The notes beneath the pieces are model-generated. The model was not told the origin of the DNA. It was given only the letters and a program-made list of their open reading frames with translations, and ran no database searches. This document shows, piece after piece, positions 23,431 through 35,423 of a DNA stretch of 64,000 bases; position 1 is the stretch's first letter, and every line of letters begins with the position of its first letter. This DNA is from Dendrobates tinctorius. Its lineage: Eukaryota. A program made the translations under genes and the position numbers. Location of the stretch: assembly GCF_039654945.1 (NCBI RefSeq), contig NW_027361687.1, positions 49,414,001 through 49,478,000 of the forward strand, written 5' to 3'.

Positions 23431-25130
23431 CCTTTCTCAGTCGCGGCCTGCCCTGACGTGAAGCCGGGGGCTCAATTTATCTGGCGTCCGCCCAGACTCT
23501 GGAGGGCGGGCCGGTGGAAGTGATGTCACGTCGGGAGGGCGGGACTTCCGCTGCAGCCTACCCCCGGCCGAAGCAGCGGGCTGGATTTTTAGAATCGGAC
23601 AGGCCGCCACTAACAGAGGACGGCGCCGGTCCGTACCCGGCTCTTTGCATGACCTCGGACAAGCGGGGGCTGCTGGAACAGCACCCGGGTGGCAAAACGG
23701 GGGGGGGGGGCTTTGTGGATTTAAGTGCTGGAACCCTGCTGACCGCATGAAGCGCTCCACCTGGCAGCCACCTGCCTAGAACTCCTCGGACGCCGGAGAG
23801 CCCTCCCAGCTGCATGTACCTCCATCCATGCCCTGGACACTGACGCCTTGATCCGAACAGGTAGAGGGAAGGGGGGGGGTGATATCCAGGATGATGCAGG
23901 CACCCTAGCTCCGTCACCTTCCAGGGATGAGGAGAGGGACCGTCTGCCGCCTTGCAGCACCGCAGTCTAGCGTTGGTGGAGCAGTGGGGGCCTCACGGAC
24001 TAGTCTTGTGCCTCTGTACAAGCCCATGGTTTCAATACCTAGGGGTGGCCAGGGCTAAGTCGGCATTGTGTTCCACGTCGCGGGAGAGGATACGTGGAGG
24101 GACACTCGCACGTGCTCGCCCGTTGATGGTTTAGGGAAATCGGACCCTTTCAATAGGGTCCGTTGCCCCTGTCTAATCTTCATTTAAAAAGAGGAAAAAA
24201 AAAAAAAAAAAAAAAAAAAAGAAGGCTGGAGAAAACCAGACGTGTGTGCCTCCAAAGGACACTAAGCAAAAAACTGGTTTCCGCCCGCAACCGGGGCGAG
24301 GGTGTATACGGCGGGGGAGGAGCTAACCTTGTGTTGTTTACTTAGTGTCAGCCTCCAGATGGCGGTAGCATACACCCTACAGTACCTGTGTACCCCAATG
24401 AGACGAAGGAGAAATGCACATGTCCACCTACACACTGCTCCGTCCAATGCTTGGCATTGTGTTTGGTGATGTAAGGCTTTTGTATGGAGTGGGTGGAGGG
24501 CACCCCTAGAAAAATATTAGCAAGAGGGCTCACCATGGGTATGCATAAGACAAGAAAAAGATCAAACCCATAAAAGAGGGAACATCTCGATTGCACAAGA
24601 AGAGCATGTATATATTAATAAATTTAGCTTTACTGACCAATAACAAAAGGGTATAATAAATATATCTGTCTATCCATCTCTCAGCAGGACAAGACACACA
24701 CAGAATAGTATTAAGTTACGTACCACTAACGGTATTTTTCGGAAGCCCATGACAGCACCACGAGAGAGGGGATCCGCCCTTCAGGAACAGGAAACCTACA
24801 GATACAAAAGGGCGGCACCTCTCCCACGCATCAGTTGAATTACAGAGCTTGAGAACCTACCATGGTTAGTGGCACAGCATATATAAAATATATACAATCC
24901 ATATCTCCTATTTACAATTTCTATACCATCTCCTATATAAGGTAAATATGTGAAACAATCTTCTAAAGGAGTGCACCCCTATACGTGAACAAGGGAGGGA
25001 ACTAAGGGTGTTGTCATGGGCTTCCGAAAAATACCGTTACCGGTACGTAACTTAATACTTTATTCGGACTCCCATGACAGCACCACGAGAGAATTACAGA
25101 GATGTAAACTAATTTAGGGAGGGACTACAG

Positions 25131-25447
25131 CAGGGGTGGGGAATCTTTTTTCTGCCAAGGGCCATTTGGATATTTATACCATCCTTCGGGGGCCGTACAA
25201 ACCCCGCCCATAAAGTACATCCTGACTCTGGCACTGGTTTCATGACTTAATCTTTCACTGCATGCCCTTCAATGTTCAGTAGTGAACACTGTGTGTGCTA
25301 ACAGAGCAAGAAGAAATTAATAAGCTTGTGGCAATTAAGATACAGCTCCCTGCCCAAGAATGCGGTCCCTGAGAAACTGCTCGGGGGCCTGATAAAAGGT
25401 TATCGAGGGCCATAAATGGCCCTGGGGCCTGAGGTTCCCCACCCCTG
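25131..25447. mobile_element. hAT MITE
   Basis: TIR CAGGGGTGGGGAA; perfect 8-bp TSD GACTACAG. Confidence 0.92.
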
Positions 25448-28400
25448 GACTACAGCACCCTTAGCCTGAAGGTGAGATCTGAGGAGGCACCCATGTCTAA
25501 CCAATAGTGGTTAAAAAAGGTGGAAGGAGATGACCAGGTGGCCGCCTTACATATCTGGTCAATTGACACTTCCAATCTCTCTGCCCAAGATGATGCCATG
25601 GCACGAGTGGAATGCGCCCTCAAATTCTATGGAGCCGGACCGCCACCTGCTGTGTAGGCAAGAGAGATAGCCTCCCTAATCCACCTTGCCAACGTGCGTT
25701 TGGATACTCTACACCCTTTCCTGGGACCTTGGAAGGATAGAAATAATGCGTTCTCCTTCCTCCAAGCATCCGTGGCTGATAAATATTTAAGTAGGCATCT
25801 TTTAACATCTAACGCCTGAAGTTTTTGTTCCTTAGGAGCTGTCTTGAGTGATATAACCTTTAGTGAAGCCGAATCTAGGGGTTCGAAAGGTTTTTCTGTC
25901 ATGGCTGTAAGAACTAAATTTAAGTCCCATGGAATACATCTGTCCTTGTGTATGGGTCTCGATCTAGCAGCCGCTTTGATGAATCTCGCCCCCCAATAGT
26001 TGCTGGCAATATCACATGCAAATAGGGCCCTTGAGGCTGAAACCTGTACCTTTAATGTACTTGTGGAGAGACCCAATTCGAGACCCCTCTGGAGGAATTC
26101 CAGAATCTGTTTTGTGGGTATTCCATCCCTGACATTAAACTCAAAAGGTGGACAGGAATCGCCTCCAGGTTCTAGCATAGATATTTGTGGTAGCTTGTTT
26201 TCTGCTTTTTAGGAGGGTATCAATTACATTTCTGGATAACCCTCTATTCTTCAATAGTGTCCTCCCAAACACCACGCCGTCAAATGAAGTCCCGCTACCT
26301 GTGGGTGGCTGACTGGCCCCTGGTAGAGGAGATCCGGAAGGTTCGGCAGTACCCAGGGATCGCATACCGACATGGTCCTCAACCATGCGAACCAGGTCCT
26401 TCTGGGCCAGAAGGGGGCAATTAATATGACCCTTGCTCGATCTTCCCTGATCTTCCTTACTACCAGAGGTAAGAGGTTTAATGGTGGAAAGGCATATGCT
26501 AGGGAGAAGTCCCATTTTATCAGGAGGGCGTCCACTGCCAGTGGATTTTCCCTGAGATTCAGAGAGCAGAATGTTTTTTCCTGTTTTCTTTGATGGCAAA
26601 GAGGTCTACCTCTGGCTGACCCCATTTGCGGACAATCAGGTTGTAAATGTCCATGTTTAAAGCCCATTCTCCTTGCCTTAGGGCCCTGCAGCTTAGAAAG
26701 TCTGCCTTCATGTTGTCTTTCCCTCTGATGTGGAGCGCAGTTAAAGATTGAAAATTTTCCTCGGCTATCTGAAAAAGACGTTCCGTTATCCACATCAGGG
26801 CCTCGGAGCGTGTTCCACCTTGGTGGCTGACATAGGCTACTGCTACCTGGTTGTCCGAGAGGATCCTCACATGATGACCCTGTAAGTACATAACGAGTTC
26901 TTTAACTGCTAACTCAATCACCAACAGCTCCCTCTGGTTAGAGGAGGTCTCCACATCGGGGTCCCAATGTCCCTGTACCACTATGTCCCCCATGTGGGCC
27001 CCCCAACCCAAGGGGCTAGCATCTGTGGTTATGCGGGTTATCCGCGTCACCCAGGGCACCCCTGAGGATAAGTTTTTGTCATCGAGCCACCACCTAAGAG
27101 ATGTAAGAGTCAAAGGGCTTAGCGATACTTGACCCTGTAGAGACCCCTCTAAGGCCCTGCTATTAACTAGGACGTCTCTCTGAAGGGATCTAGTGTGATA
27201 TTGCGCCCACCTGACTGCTGGGATACATGAGGTCAGAGAGCCTAACAGAGACATGGCTTGCCTGAGGGTCATGGAGGGTCTATTAATTGCCCGAAGTACC
27301 TGCTGTTGTATATGTTCTAATTTATCCGATGGCAAAAGACACTGCTGAGTTTCTGAATTTAACAGTAAGCCTAGAAACTTTTGGACTCTTAGGGGCTGAA
27401 ATCGGGATTTCTCGTAATTTATTATCCATCCGAGGCGCTCTAGTCTGGATTTAGCCATATTTATCTGGGATAGACAATGGTCCACCGAATTCCCCACAAT
27501 CAAAAAATCGTCTAAGTACGGGACAATCAAGATATCGGCCTCCCTCAAATGATCCATGACCTTGGCCACTATTTTCGTAATACCTGAGGCGCCGCTGAGA
27601 TACCAAAAGGAAGAGCTCTAAACTGAAAATGACGGATCAGACCGTCTATTGAAACCGCTACTCTTAGGAACTGCTGGAAGTCTGCGTGGATAGGCACATG
27701 ATAGTACGCGTCTTTCAAATCCACGACTGCCATAAAACACCCTTCAAACAACATCTTTATTGTTGAATTGATGGATTCCATCTTAAAGGTGTGATTAACC
27801 AAAAATTCATTGAGGGAACGTAAATTAATGATGGTTCTAAATGTCTTATCCGGTTTTTTGGATCAGGAATAAGGGAGAGCAGAAGCCTCTACCTCTCTCC
27901 GATTCCAGAACCTCCACCAGGACATTTTTCAGGCACAGGCTTTTTACTTCTGCCTCTAAAGCAGCCTGTTCAAGGGGCGAAGATCTTGATAGTTAATTTA
28001 AAGGTATTCCGTGGAACATAACTGAACTCCAACCTGAGACCGGTGGATATTACATTCCGCACCCAGTCACTATTGGTGATCTGCAACCATGCTGGGAGAA
28101 AGGCCGACAGCCTACCCCCCACGGGAATTGCTAGTCATTGGCTCGGTTTCTTTCGCTCTCTTGAGGAATGCCTGAACATGAAGCCCGTACCTCCTCTTCT
28201 ATCTTCCCATCTGGGACGGTCTCTATTAGGTGAAGGATTGCACCTTCTCCCCTGACCGAAACTCCTTCTATTGAATGGACGTCGGTATGATGCGGACCAC
28301 AAACTCGGGAACTTTTTCTTATCGTCCCCGGCTTTCTCAAGCAGCTCATCCAGAACTGCTCCGAACAAATATTCCCCCTCACATGGGATAGTACAGAGTT

Positions 28401-29210
28401 TCGCTCTGGATTGAATGTCTTCCTGCCAGCACTTTAGCCCCAGGGCTCTACAAGCCGCATTAGAGTCCTGCTGTCTTGGTGGCCATTCTTACCGCATCAG
28501 CAGAGGCGTCCGCTAAGGAAGGCTGCGGCCTCATGGATTACTGGTAGGGCCCCAAGAATAGTCTGTCTAGACGTCCCGTTTAAATTGTGATTCTAACTGG
28601 TCCAACCAGATCATCATGGACCTGGCCGTACATGTTGAGGCTACTGCTGGTCTTAAAGAACCAGCTGCCATCTCCCAGGTACTTTTAAGGAAGGTATCTG
28701 CCTTCCTAGCTAAATGATCTTTAAGGGACCCCATTTCCTCAAAAGGTAGTGAGGACCTTTCTGATGCCTTCGCGATTGCTGCATCTAATTTGGGGGCTTT
28801 GTCCCAAGTGTTCACCGTCGGATCATCGAAGAGGTATCTACGTTTGAGGGCTGGTGGTAGCGAACCCCTTTTATCTGGTTTCTTCCACTCTCTACGGATT
28901 AGATCTTGAATCTTTTCGTTCAAGGGGAAGACCCTTCGCTTCCTCTGCTTCAGCCCACCGAACATGACATCCTGCATGGAAAACTGAGGTCTGGGCTCCT
29001 CCACTTCCATTGTTCCTCTCACCGCTTTTACCAGCTTGTCCACTTGGTCAAGCGGCAGACAAAACCGACCCGAATCCTCCTCCTCCTCCTCTGAGAAAGA
29101 GGGGGATGAAACATGGGAGTCCTTACTTCTCCATTCTACCGAGGAATCAGCCTCCACAGGATCCCGACCCCTTAAGCTTCCCGGTTGGGACAGGGATTTC
29201 AGGGTTTCCT

Positions 29211-29596
29211 GACTATCACAGGGTTTCAGGACTATCCACAATTTGCATAGTTTTAGGCGCTCCCTCAAAACACACCTGTTCAGAGCGGCCTATCACATTC
29301 ATTAATCAAAGTCATTCTCTGTGTAAGTGTGCGTGTGTAGCCCATTCACGATCTCCATCCATCCTTCACTCCCGCAAGATGGCTGGACCTTCATTGTAAA
29401 TACACATCTGTACTCTCTATCTCCCTCACCTCATTGTAGATTGTAAGCTCTCACGAGCAGGGTCGTCTTATTTCGTCTTATTTTGCTTTAATTATTGTAT
29501 TGTTAGCGTTGTTACTTATGACTTGTGTTTTGAAATTGTTAAACTGTAAAGCGCTGCGGAATATGTTGGCGCTATATAAGATTATTATTATTATTA
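29211..29596 (+). mobile_element. 5'-truncated L2/CR1-clade LINE 3' end
   Basis: SFRRSLKTHLFRAAY ORF2 tail, TTGTAAGCTC and GCGCTGCGGAATATGTTGGCGCTATAT 3'UTR motifs, (ATT)n tail, TSD TTTCCT. Confidence 0.8.
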
Positions 29597-30728
29597 TTTC
29601 CTTCATCTCTGCCTGACTATGTCCTTTAAGCTTGCAGCTACCACGGGCGATTCTTCTGCCACTGTCTGCTGGATACAGGGGGGGACACAACCTTTTGGGG
29701 CACGAGTCTGGCAACGGGCATGCATACAGTGCGCATTCTATGTGTTTTGTTTTACTTGTGGCCTTCTTCCCCTAAAATAAAACATAGAGGGAGGCCCCGT
29801 CACTGATTGAACATTCACGTAGATCACTTACCAGTGCCACAATTAAGTACCGGAGAATGAGGGGGATTTTTCTCAGTCGATGCTCCTGTCCGTCTAGAGG
29901 AGCTTTTATGACTGGATTGGTCACTTCGTCCCGCATGCACTGTCACGGGACTCTCTCTCTTCTTTTGTTTGATCTTCCGAAGGTCCTCCAGGGGCGGCAG
30001 TGATGCTTTTTGCTGCTGCCGCCGTTGCTGCTGCTGATCGCTTTCCATTACTGCGCTGCAATAATGTGGCCAAGGCATGGCACCCATCTAGGGTCCTGCC
30101 TATATACCCCTCCTCCGGACAGCAGACATGCCACGCCCTCCCCCCCTAATAGGGCCCCCCTCCCCAGCTGGCGCTAGGCGCCTCTCCCGATGGGCGCCGC
30201 CATCTTGGGGCCTGTGCAGTGGCGCCGCCGACCTGGAAGCGCCCCCAGGCTCCGCCTCCCGACGAAACCGGGAGTCACGTGGGACGCCCGGGCATTCCCC
30301 CATGCAGCGGCACCGCCCCCCCCGACCCCCGCAATCGCGCCGCGGGAGCCGGGAGACCCCGGGGGGCATACTCACCAGCGGCGGCTGATTCTTCCTATGG
30401 AGGCGGACATCCTCCGGACGCCGCTCCCTGCTGCACACGCCACCGCCGTGCTGCCTATCCAGGGCCACCGTGGCGTCCTCCAGGAGCTCCGCACCAGGCA
30501 GAGGTAGGAGACCCCTCAGCTACCTGCATCGGCCGGGGATCCATTCTGTCTGTAGGATCCCATCCCCTCAGGAACAGGAAACCAACTGATGCGTGGGAGA
30601 GGTGCCACCCTTTTGTATCTGTAGGTTTCCTGTTCCTGAAGGGCGGATCACCTCTCTCGTGGTGCTGTCATAGAAGTCTGAATAAAAATACATCCAATAT
30701 ATGCAAAAAGACCCAACGAAATGCCAAG

Positions 30729-30765
30729 TGAGGAAGCCACCCTCTGTGTGGCGATACGTGTGGGA
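30729..30765 (+). ncRNA. Truncated, variant hammerhead motif
   Basis: (C)TGAGGA-A-GCCAC[loop]GTGGC-GATAC-GTGTG-GG; stem I 5' strand lost at the fold junction. Confidence 0.5.
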
Positions 30766-31524
30766 CTTCATCCCACACTTTGGTTCCCTTCATCTTTTTG
30801 GCACTGCTGGCTCTGCTTCAGACCCTCGACATATTGCTGCCCAGGGTTCACTTAACTTCTTGTGTGTTCCACATACCTACCAGATTTACCATTTCATGTG
30901 CTTCTACACCTTATGTGTCCTTCACATCTGACTCAGTGAGCAGTCCCCACTTGTTGGGGTCACTTCTCTAACCTTTTAGCATTTATATATCCATGCTACA
31001 TCACGAATGCTGTTAGACCCATTTGGTATTGTATATCTACCATTATATTATTGTTTTTTTGCACAGATGGGACACATTTATTGATAAGTGGTTGATATTT
31101 ATGGCTTATCTTAGGATAACTTATTTGTAGCCAGCTATTTTCATTGATGTAGTGCCTTGGCATTTGATTGGGTCTTTTTGCATATATTACATGCATTTTT
31201 AAGTGTTTTTATCCTGTATGTGTCTTGTCATGATATATATTATATATACACATACCCTTTTGATATTGGTCAATAAAGCTTAATATATAGATGCTCTTCT
31301 TGTGCAATTGAGGTGTTCCCTCGTTTATGGGTTTGATCTTTTTCTTGTCTTATATGGTGATGTGAAGCTGGCATGAAATTGGCAGCAGGGGCACAGTGTT
31401 TGTGCTGATGAGGAGGTTTGGACACTGCAGTTATAGAGTCAGCAAGTGGAGGTGACTATGTGGCGGAGGCGATGGTACAATGTTTGGGGGGGGGGGGGGG
31501 GGGCGGGTGTAAGAGGTCACATAC

Positions 31525-31668
31525 CTGCTGTGGAGTTTGTGGCGGTGTCTGTGGTGCTGACAACTGTTGCTGATACTCCTCTTTCTGCAGCTGTCGGGCC
31601 AGCTCCAGGTCACTCATGGGTAGAGGTCCCTGTTGCTGCTGCTGTAACGACAGTGCTATCATGTAGTC
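31525..31668 (-). CDS. MINDY1: MINDY1 coding exon 8 (MIU motifs)
   Basis: DYMIALSLQQQ..SDLELARQLQKEE; AG/GT borders, 144 nt. Confidence 0.92.
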
Positions 31669-31750
31669 CTGCGAGAGTCGGAATACAGGAATCAGCCCAC
31701 TACATACCAAACAATACCTGGTGTGCCTGCTGAGGACGCTACAGCATTAC

Positions 31751-31936
31751 CTGATCCACCTGTCGTTGCTGCAGCTGCTGCGGGGAGCTGCATGCCGCGT
31801 CCTTCTCCATGTGCTGAGTGAGGTGGAAGTCTGAGTCGCAGAAGCAGCTGTCCCCCTCCACATTGTGCAGACTCTCCCAGATCACCTTCTCCTCCTGCAG
31901 GAAGCCCTGGTCCGTGACCAGCAGATACAGATGACC
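31751..31936 (-). CDS. MINDY1: MINDY1 coding exon 7
   Basis: GHLYLLVTDQGFLQEEKVIWESLHNVEGD; 186 nt. Confidence 0.93.
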
Positions 31937-32124
31937 CTAAAGGAGGAGGCGCATTTTAGAACAGTAGAACCACCATCAGTCCAGCAGATTTATAAAATTT
32001 CACAACAGCGATTGGTGCTATTTCTAGGACACTGGTGGAGAGGATGATCCCTCACCGCTCAGTCTGAAGGAACTAGATGGAAAGGGTAGGGGGTGCGGGA
32101 GGAGCAGAGATCACATAATGCTAC

Positions 32125-32267
32125 CTTGTGCTTTATTAGCGTGCTGAAGTGATTGTTCCGGAAAAAAACACTAAGCTCGCCCTCCTTCACGGCTGTCATC
32201 AGCTCACACAGTCCATGGTAGGTGAGCTGCGCTGCCGACGACTCCAAGAACTGCTCTGCAAGGAGAC
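32125..32267 (-). CDS. MINDY1: MINDY1 coding exon 6 (catalytic His)
   Basis: AAQLTYHGL..VFFRNNHFST; 143 nt. Confidence 0.93.
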
Positions 32268-33097
32268 CTGAGGACACAGAAGGGGAGAGCTCCTTAGTAT
32301 GCAGGCCACTGCTATATCACCACCCACAAACACGGGGCTGCCTGGGCAACCTGTGGCCACCGCTATACTCCCCCCCCACTGAGGCTGCCTGGATAACCCG
32401 AGGCCACGGCTATACCCCCCCCCCCCCCCCCCCCCCAACCACACACAAACACACCCTGGGGCTGCCTGGGCAACCCAGGGACACTGTTATACCCCCTCCC
32501 TCAGGGCTGCCTGGGCAACCCAAGGCCACTACTACCCCTGAGGGGATAAACCGCAGGGATCAAAGTTGGCTCCGATCTCCACACTCTAAATCAAGTATGT
32601 CCTGGAGCACTAAGGGGTTAGTCAACGTATAGCTAAAAGGGTTTGTGCAGGATTAGTTAAACGTGGTTGCTTTTTTTCAGCCTCTAAATATAGGTTATGT
32701 CTGATATTACTACTCAGCTCATTTGAAGTGAATGGAGCCGAGCTGCTAAACCATACATAACATACATTCAGGTTGTGGCGCCGTTTTTAAAAAGATAGAC
32801 ATGCCCATTAAAGGAGTTGCTGTTTCAGAATCTCTGCTCACTTCTGTGAATGAAAACCAGAAATTACATCCTGATCTAACACTTGTCACACCTGAAGGTT
32901 TCTTACAATTGTATCTGCCAGCACTGATACACTGTAACAATGCTTCAGCTGTGAGAAGGAATTCCATCTGGTCAGGATTTTTTTTTTTTTTTTTTTGTCT
33001 CTGGACATAAACGTTTTCCCATTCGCTGGCAAAAAGCAAATGGCAATGAATGGAAACATGGAGACTATTGGAAGACATAGCTGAGCTGTGGCTGTAC

Positions 33098-33200
33098 CTT
33101 CCGTCACCAAGTTGGGATCACTCGAATGCTTGCAGGTGATGATCTTCTCCACTAGTTGGTTGTAGCTCAGTTTGCCGACGGCGTGCACGGCCTCAGAGCT
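33098..33200 (-). CDS. MINDY1: MINDY1 coding exon 5
   Basis: AVGKLSYNQLVEKII; 103 nt. Confidence 0.92.
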
Positions 33201-33342
33201 CTGTATGGGGTTAAAGGCAAAGTGTAGCGGTATCATGTCTGGAAAAGCCTCGCTACAACCCCCTAGGACCTTCCACCCTTGTGACCCAGCAGAGACGACA
33301 AGAAGCAGCTTACATTTATATCACTACTAAATGATGTGCTAC

Positions 33343-33501
33343 CTGAGGGTCCACCAGCCAGCCGTGGTACAGCGGGATACTGAGGAGGTCGAACACTATG
33401 CACTCAGGGGTGTACTCGAAATCTGACACGCCTGTGAAGCGAACGTTCACGTCCAGTCCCGTAGACAGTTTCGACAGCACGGTCATGGCGTCGTTCACAT
33501 T
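33343..33501 (-). CDS. MINDY1: MINDY1 coding exon 4
   Basis: NVNDAM..TGLDVNVRF..FEYTPEC..LYHGWLVDPQ; 159 nt. Confidence 0.94.
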
Positions 33502-34366
33502 CTGCAACGAGAGACACAACGACTGAACGTTAACTAAGCCAGATGCCTCATGGTGTACAACAGGACAGGGAGTAACGAAAGCCATACAATCTTTAGCCAT
33601 TGCTGGTTCCTTAACGGGGCTTTCTGCTTTAGAGTTTCCTCCTAAAGAATTCACTGTTCACCCCCCCCCCCTCCCAAATAACAAATGGGTACCTTGTAAT
33701 ACCACATCTCCTGTGGGGGCAGTGTGGTGAAATTGAGCACAGACAACAGCTAATCGCTGGTGGTCCTGGCAGGTGATTCGCACATTGTTAGGGCACATTT
33801 AGTTTTTAATTAACTTTTTTTTTTTTTTTTTTTTTTTATGTTCGCCATGGTCAGCGAGGGGCTTTTTGGTTTTCCAAATGTTTCAGGCCATTGATATGTC
33901 TGATCTGTGGGGGTGCTGATCAGCTGTCCTCTGTGCGGCAGGAACTGCTCCATCTAATGTCAGTGGCAGCGGCCGAGTACTGCACATACACCTAGTATTT
34001 AAAATCAATGAGGCTGACGTGCAGTACCCGACGCAGAGTACAGATGATTAGTGGAGATGCCGGGTATTGCACCCACACCGATTAACATTGATGATCTATC
34101 TTTAAGCTACAGGTCATCAATGGTTGAAGTAGTGGACAACCTCTTTAAATGACCTGGCCATTATGGACCTCAGCATGAAAGGGGTTAAGATGCCAACACC
34201 AAGGTATAGGCTCCATACTGCGACCCTCAAGTAATATACATATACTCGCTAACATAGGACGGCCAGAAGCCGAATCTCCCAATCTAATCTTTATGGCCCA
34301 TTCCATCATCGGGTTTCAATGCCAGCGATCTCAAAACTTTGGGATTTAGTCTGCGCAGTCACTGAC

Positions 34367-34431
34367 CTGCTGGAAGTTGAGCTGCAGCGCCTCAGAGTTC
34401 TCTTGCGGCTGAATGGACAGGATGCAATCAC
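34367..34431 (-). CDS. MINDY1: MINDY1 coding exon 3
   Basis: DCILSIQPQENSEALQLNFQQ; 65 nt. Confidence 0.9.
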
Positions 34432-34713
34432 CTGCACGGGAGATAAGATGCACATTAGACAGGTGGTTGTGAAGGGGTAAATACAATGGTGATGGCCGCC
34501 GGGTGCAGAGCAAACATTGGCACTGGCACCTTCCTCTGGGATCAGTAGTTTCTTTTGGTAGCGAGTGGAAATCGCAAGAAATATTGTACCGCGTATTCAG
34601 AAACTGGGCATCGCGCCAACCGAAAGAGGCCCCCACACACACACACACACACTTTTACTGTCAAAAAATCCACAATGCAACTCCCACATCCCCAGAAGGG
34701 GATCGTCTCTTAC

Positions 34714-34771
34714 CGAGATGCGCCATCAGCTCCTCCGATGTGATCAGCTCCTTCTGAGGAGGCAGTTTTAC
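34714..34771 (-). CDS. MINDY1: MINDY1 coding exon 2
   Basis: VKLPPQKELITSEELMAHL; 58 nt. Confidence 0.9.
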
Positions 34772-35423
34772 CTGTATTAACAAAGCAGATCGGTCACCAA
34801 CTAAAATCAGAAACTACAGGGTTAAATCAACATAATTAGTGCTCATCATGTATCAGGTTGTAAACTCTAGTTACATCCGAAGCTGCTCTCAAGAGTTGTT
34901 TGCATCTCCGCACTGCCTGCGGACTGGTTAAATGTCTGTATAATCTGAGCCCCCTGGGTGTGCGAGGGCGTGTGATGCCAGATACAAGGCGAGGTGAGCT
35001 CTGTATACACAAAACACAGTGTGACGCAAGTGCTGTATACTGTTAGCGCTTGTATCGGCGTCGCACAGAACACAAGATAATGGAGTGGTGAAGATACTAG
35101 CTGGGTCAGGTCTGCTGCAATACAGCGACCTGCTCCTCACCCATTAATGACCAGCCTGACAGCATTCCTGATGTGTAGTGTCCTGCGCTTTACACCATAC
35201 AGGACAACACTAAAGCAACATCCTGCATTATACTCTAGAGCTGCACTCACTATTCTGCTGGTGCAGTCACTGTGTACATACATTACATTACTGATCCTGT
35301 ACTGATCCTGAGTTACATCCTGTATTATACCCCAGAGCGGCACTCATTCTGCTGGTGCAGTCACTGTGTACATACTTTACATATTCTGACAGACAAGCTG
35401 CATTATACCAGACCTGCACTCAC

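Larger units (their letters stand above)
15059..24414 (-). mobile_element. DIRS1-type tyrosine-recombinase retrotransposon 1
   Basis: Inverted terminal repeats (~15100-15240 / 24270-24411); internal complementary region ~15381-15490 with circle junction AAAAATCCATG-TTT-CTCCTTCG; AAA at both ends; gag, RT/RH, MT and YR ORFs. Confidence 0.93.
24708..30686 (-). mobile_element. DIRS1-type retrotransposon 2 (different family, decayed)
   Basis: ITRs ~24749-24837 / 30575-30672; ICR 25007-25091; ORFs with VVDLKDAYYH, YLDD, TTDAS, AVDALL..PFWPRRTW; YR with an internal deletion; gag KAPKLDAAI. Confidence 0.92.
24479..31354. mobile_element. Non-coding fold-back (Penelope-like) insertion 2, interrupted by DIRS element 2
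   Basis: Left arm 24545-24707 plus 30681-30728 is inverted relative to ~31156-31352; flanking direct repeat TGGTGATGTAAGGCT (24464-24478) / TGGTGATGTGAAGCT (31355-31369); hammerhead remnant at the fold. Confidence 0.7.
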
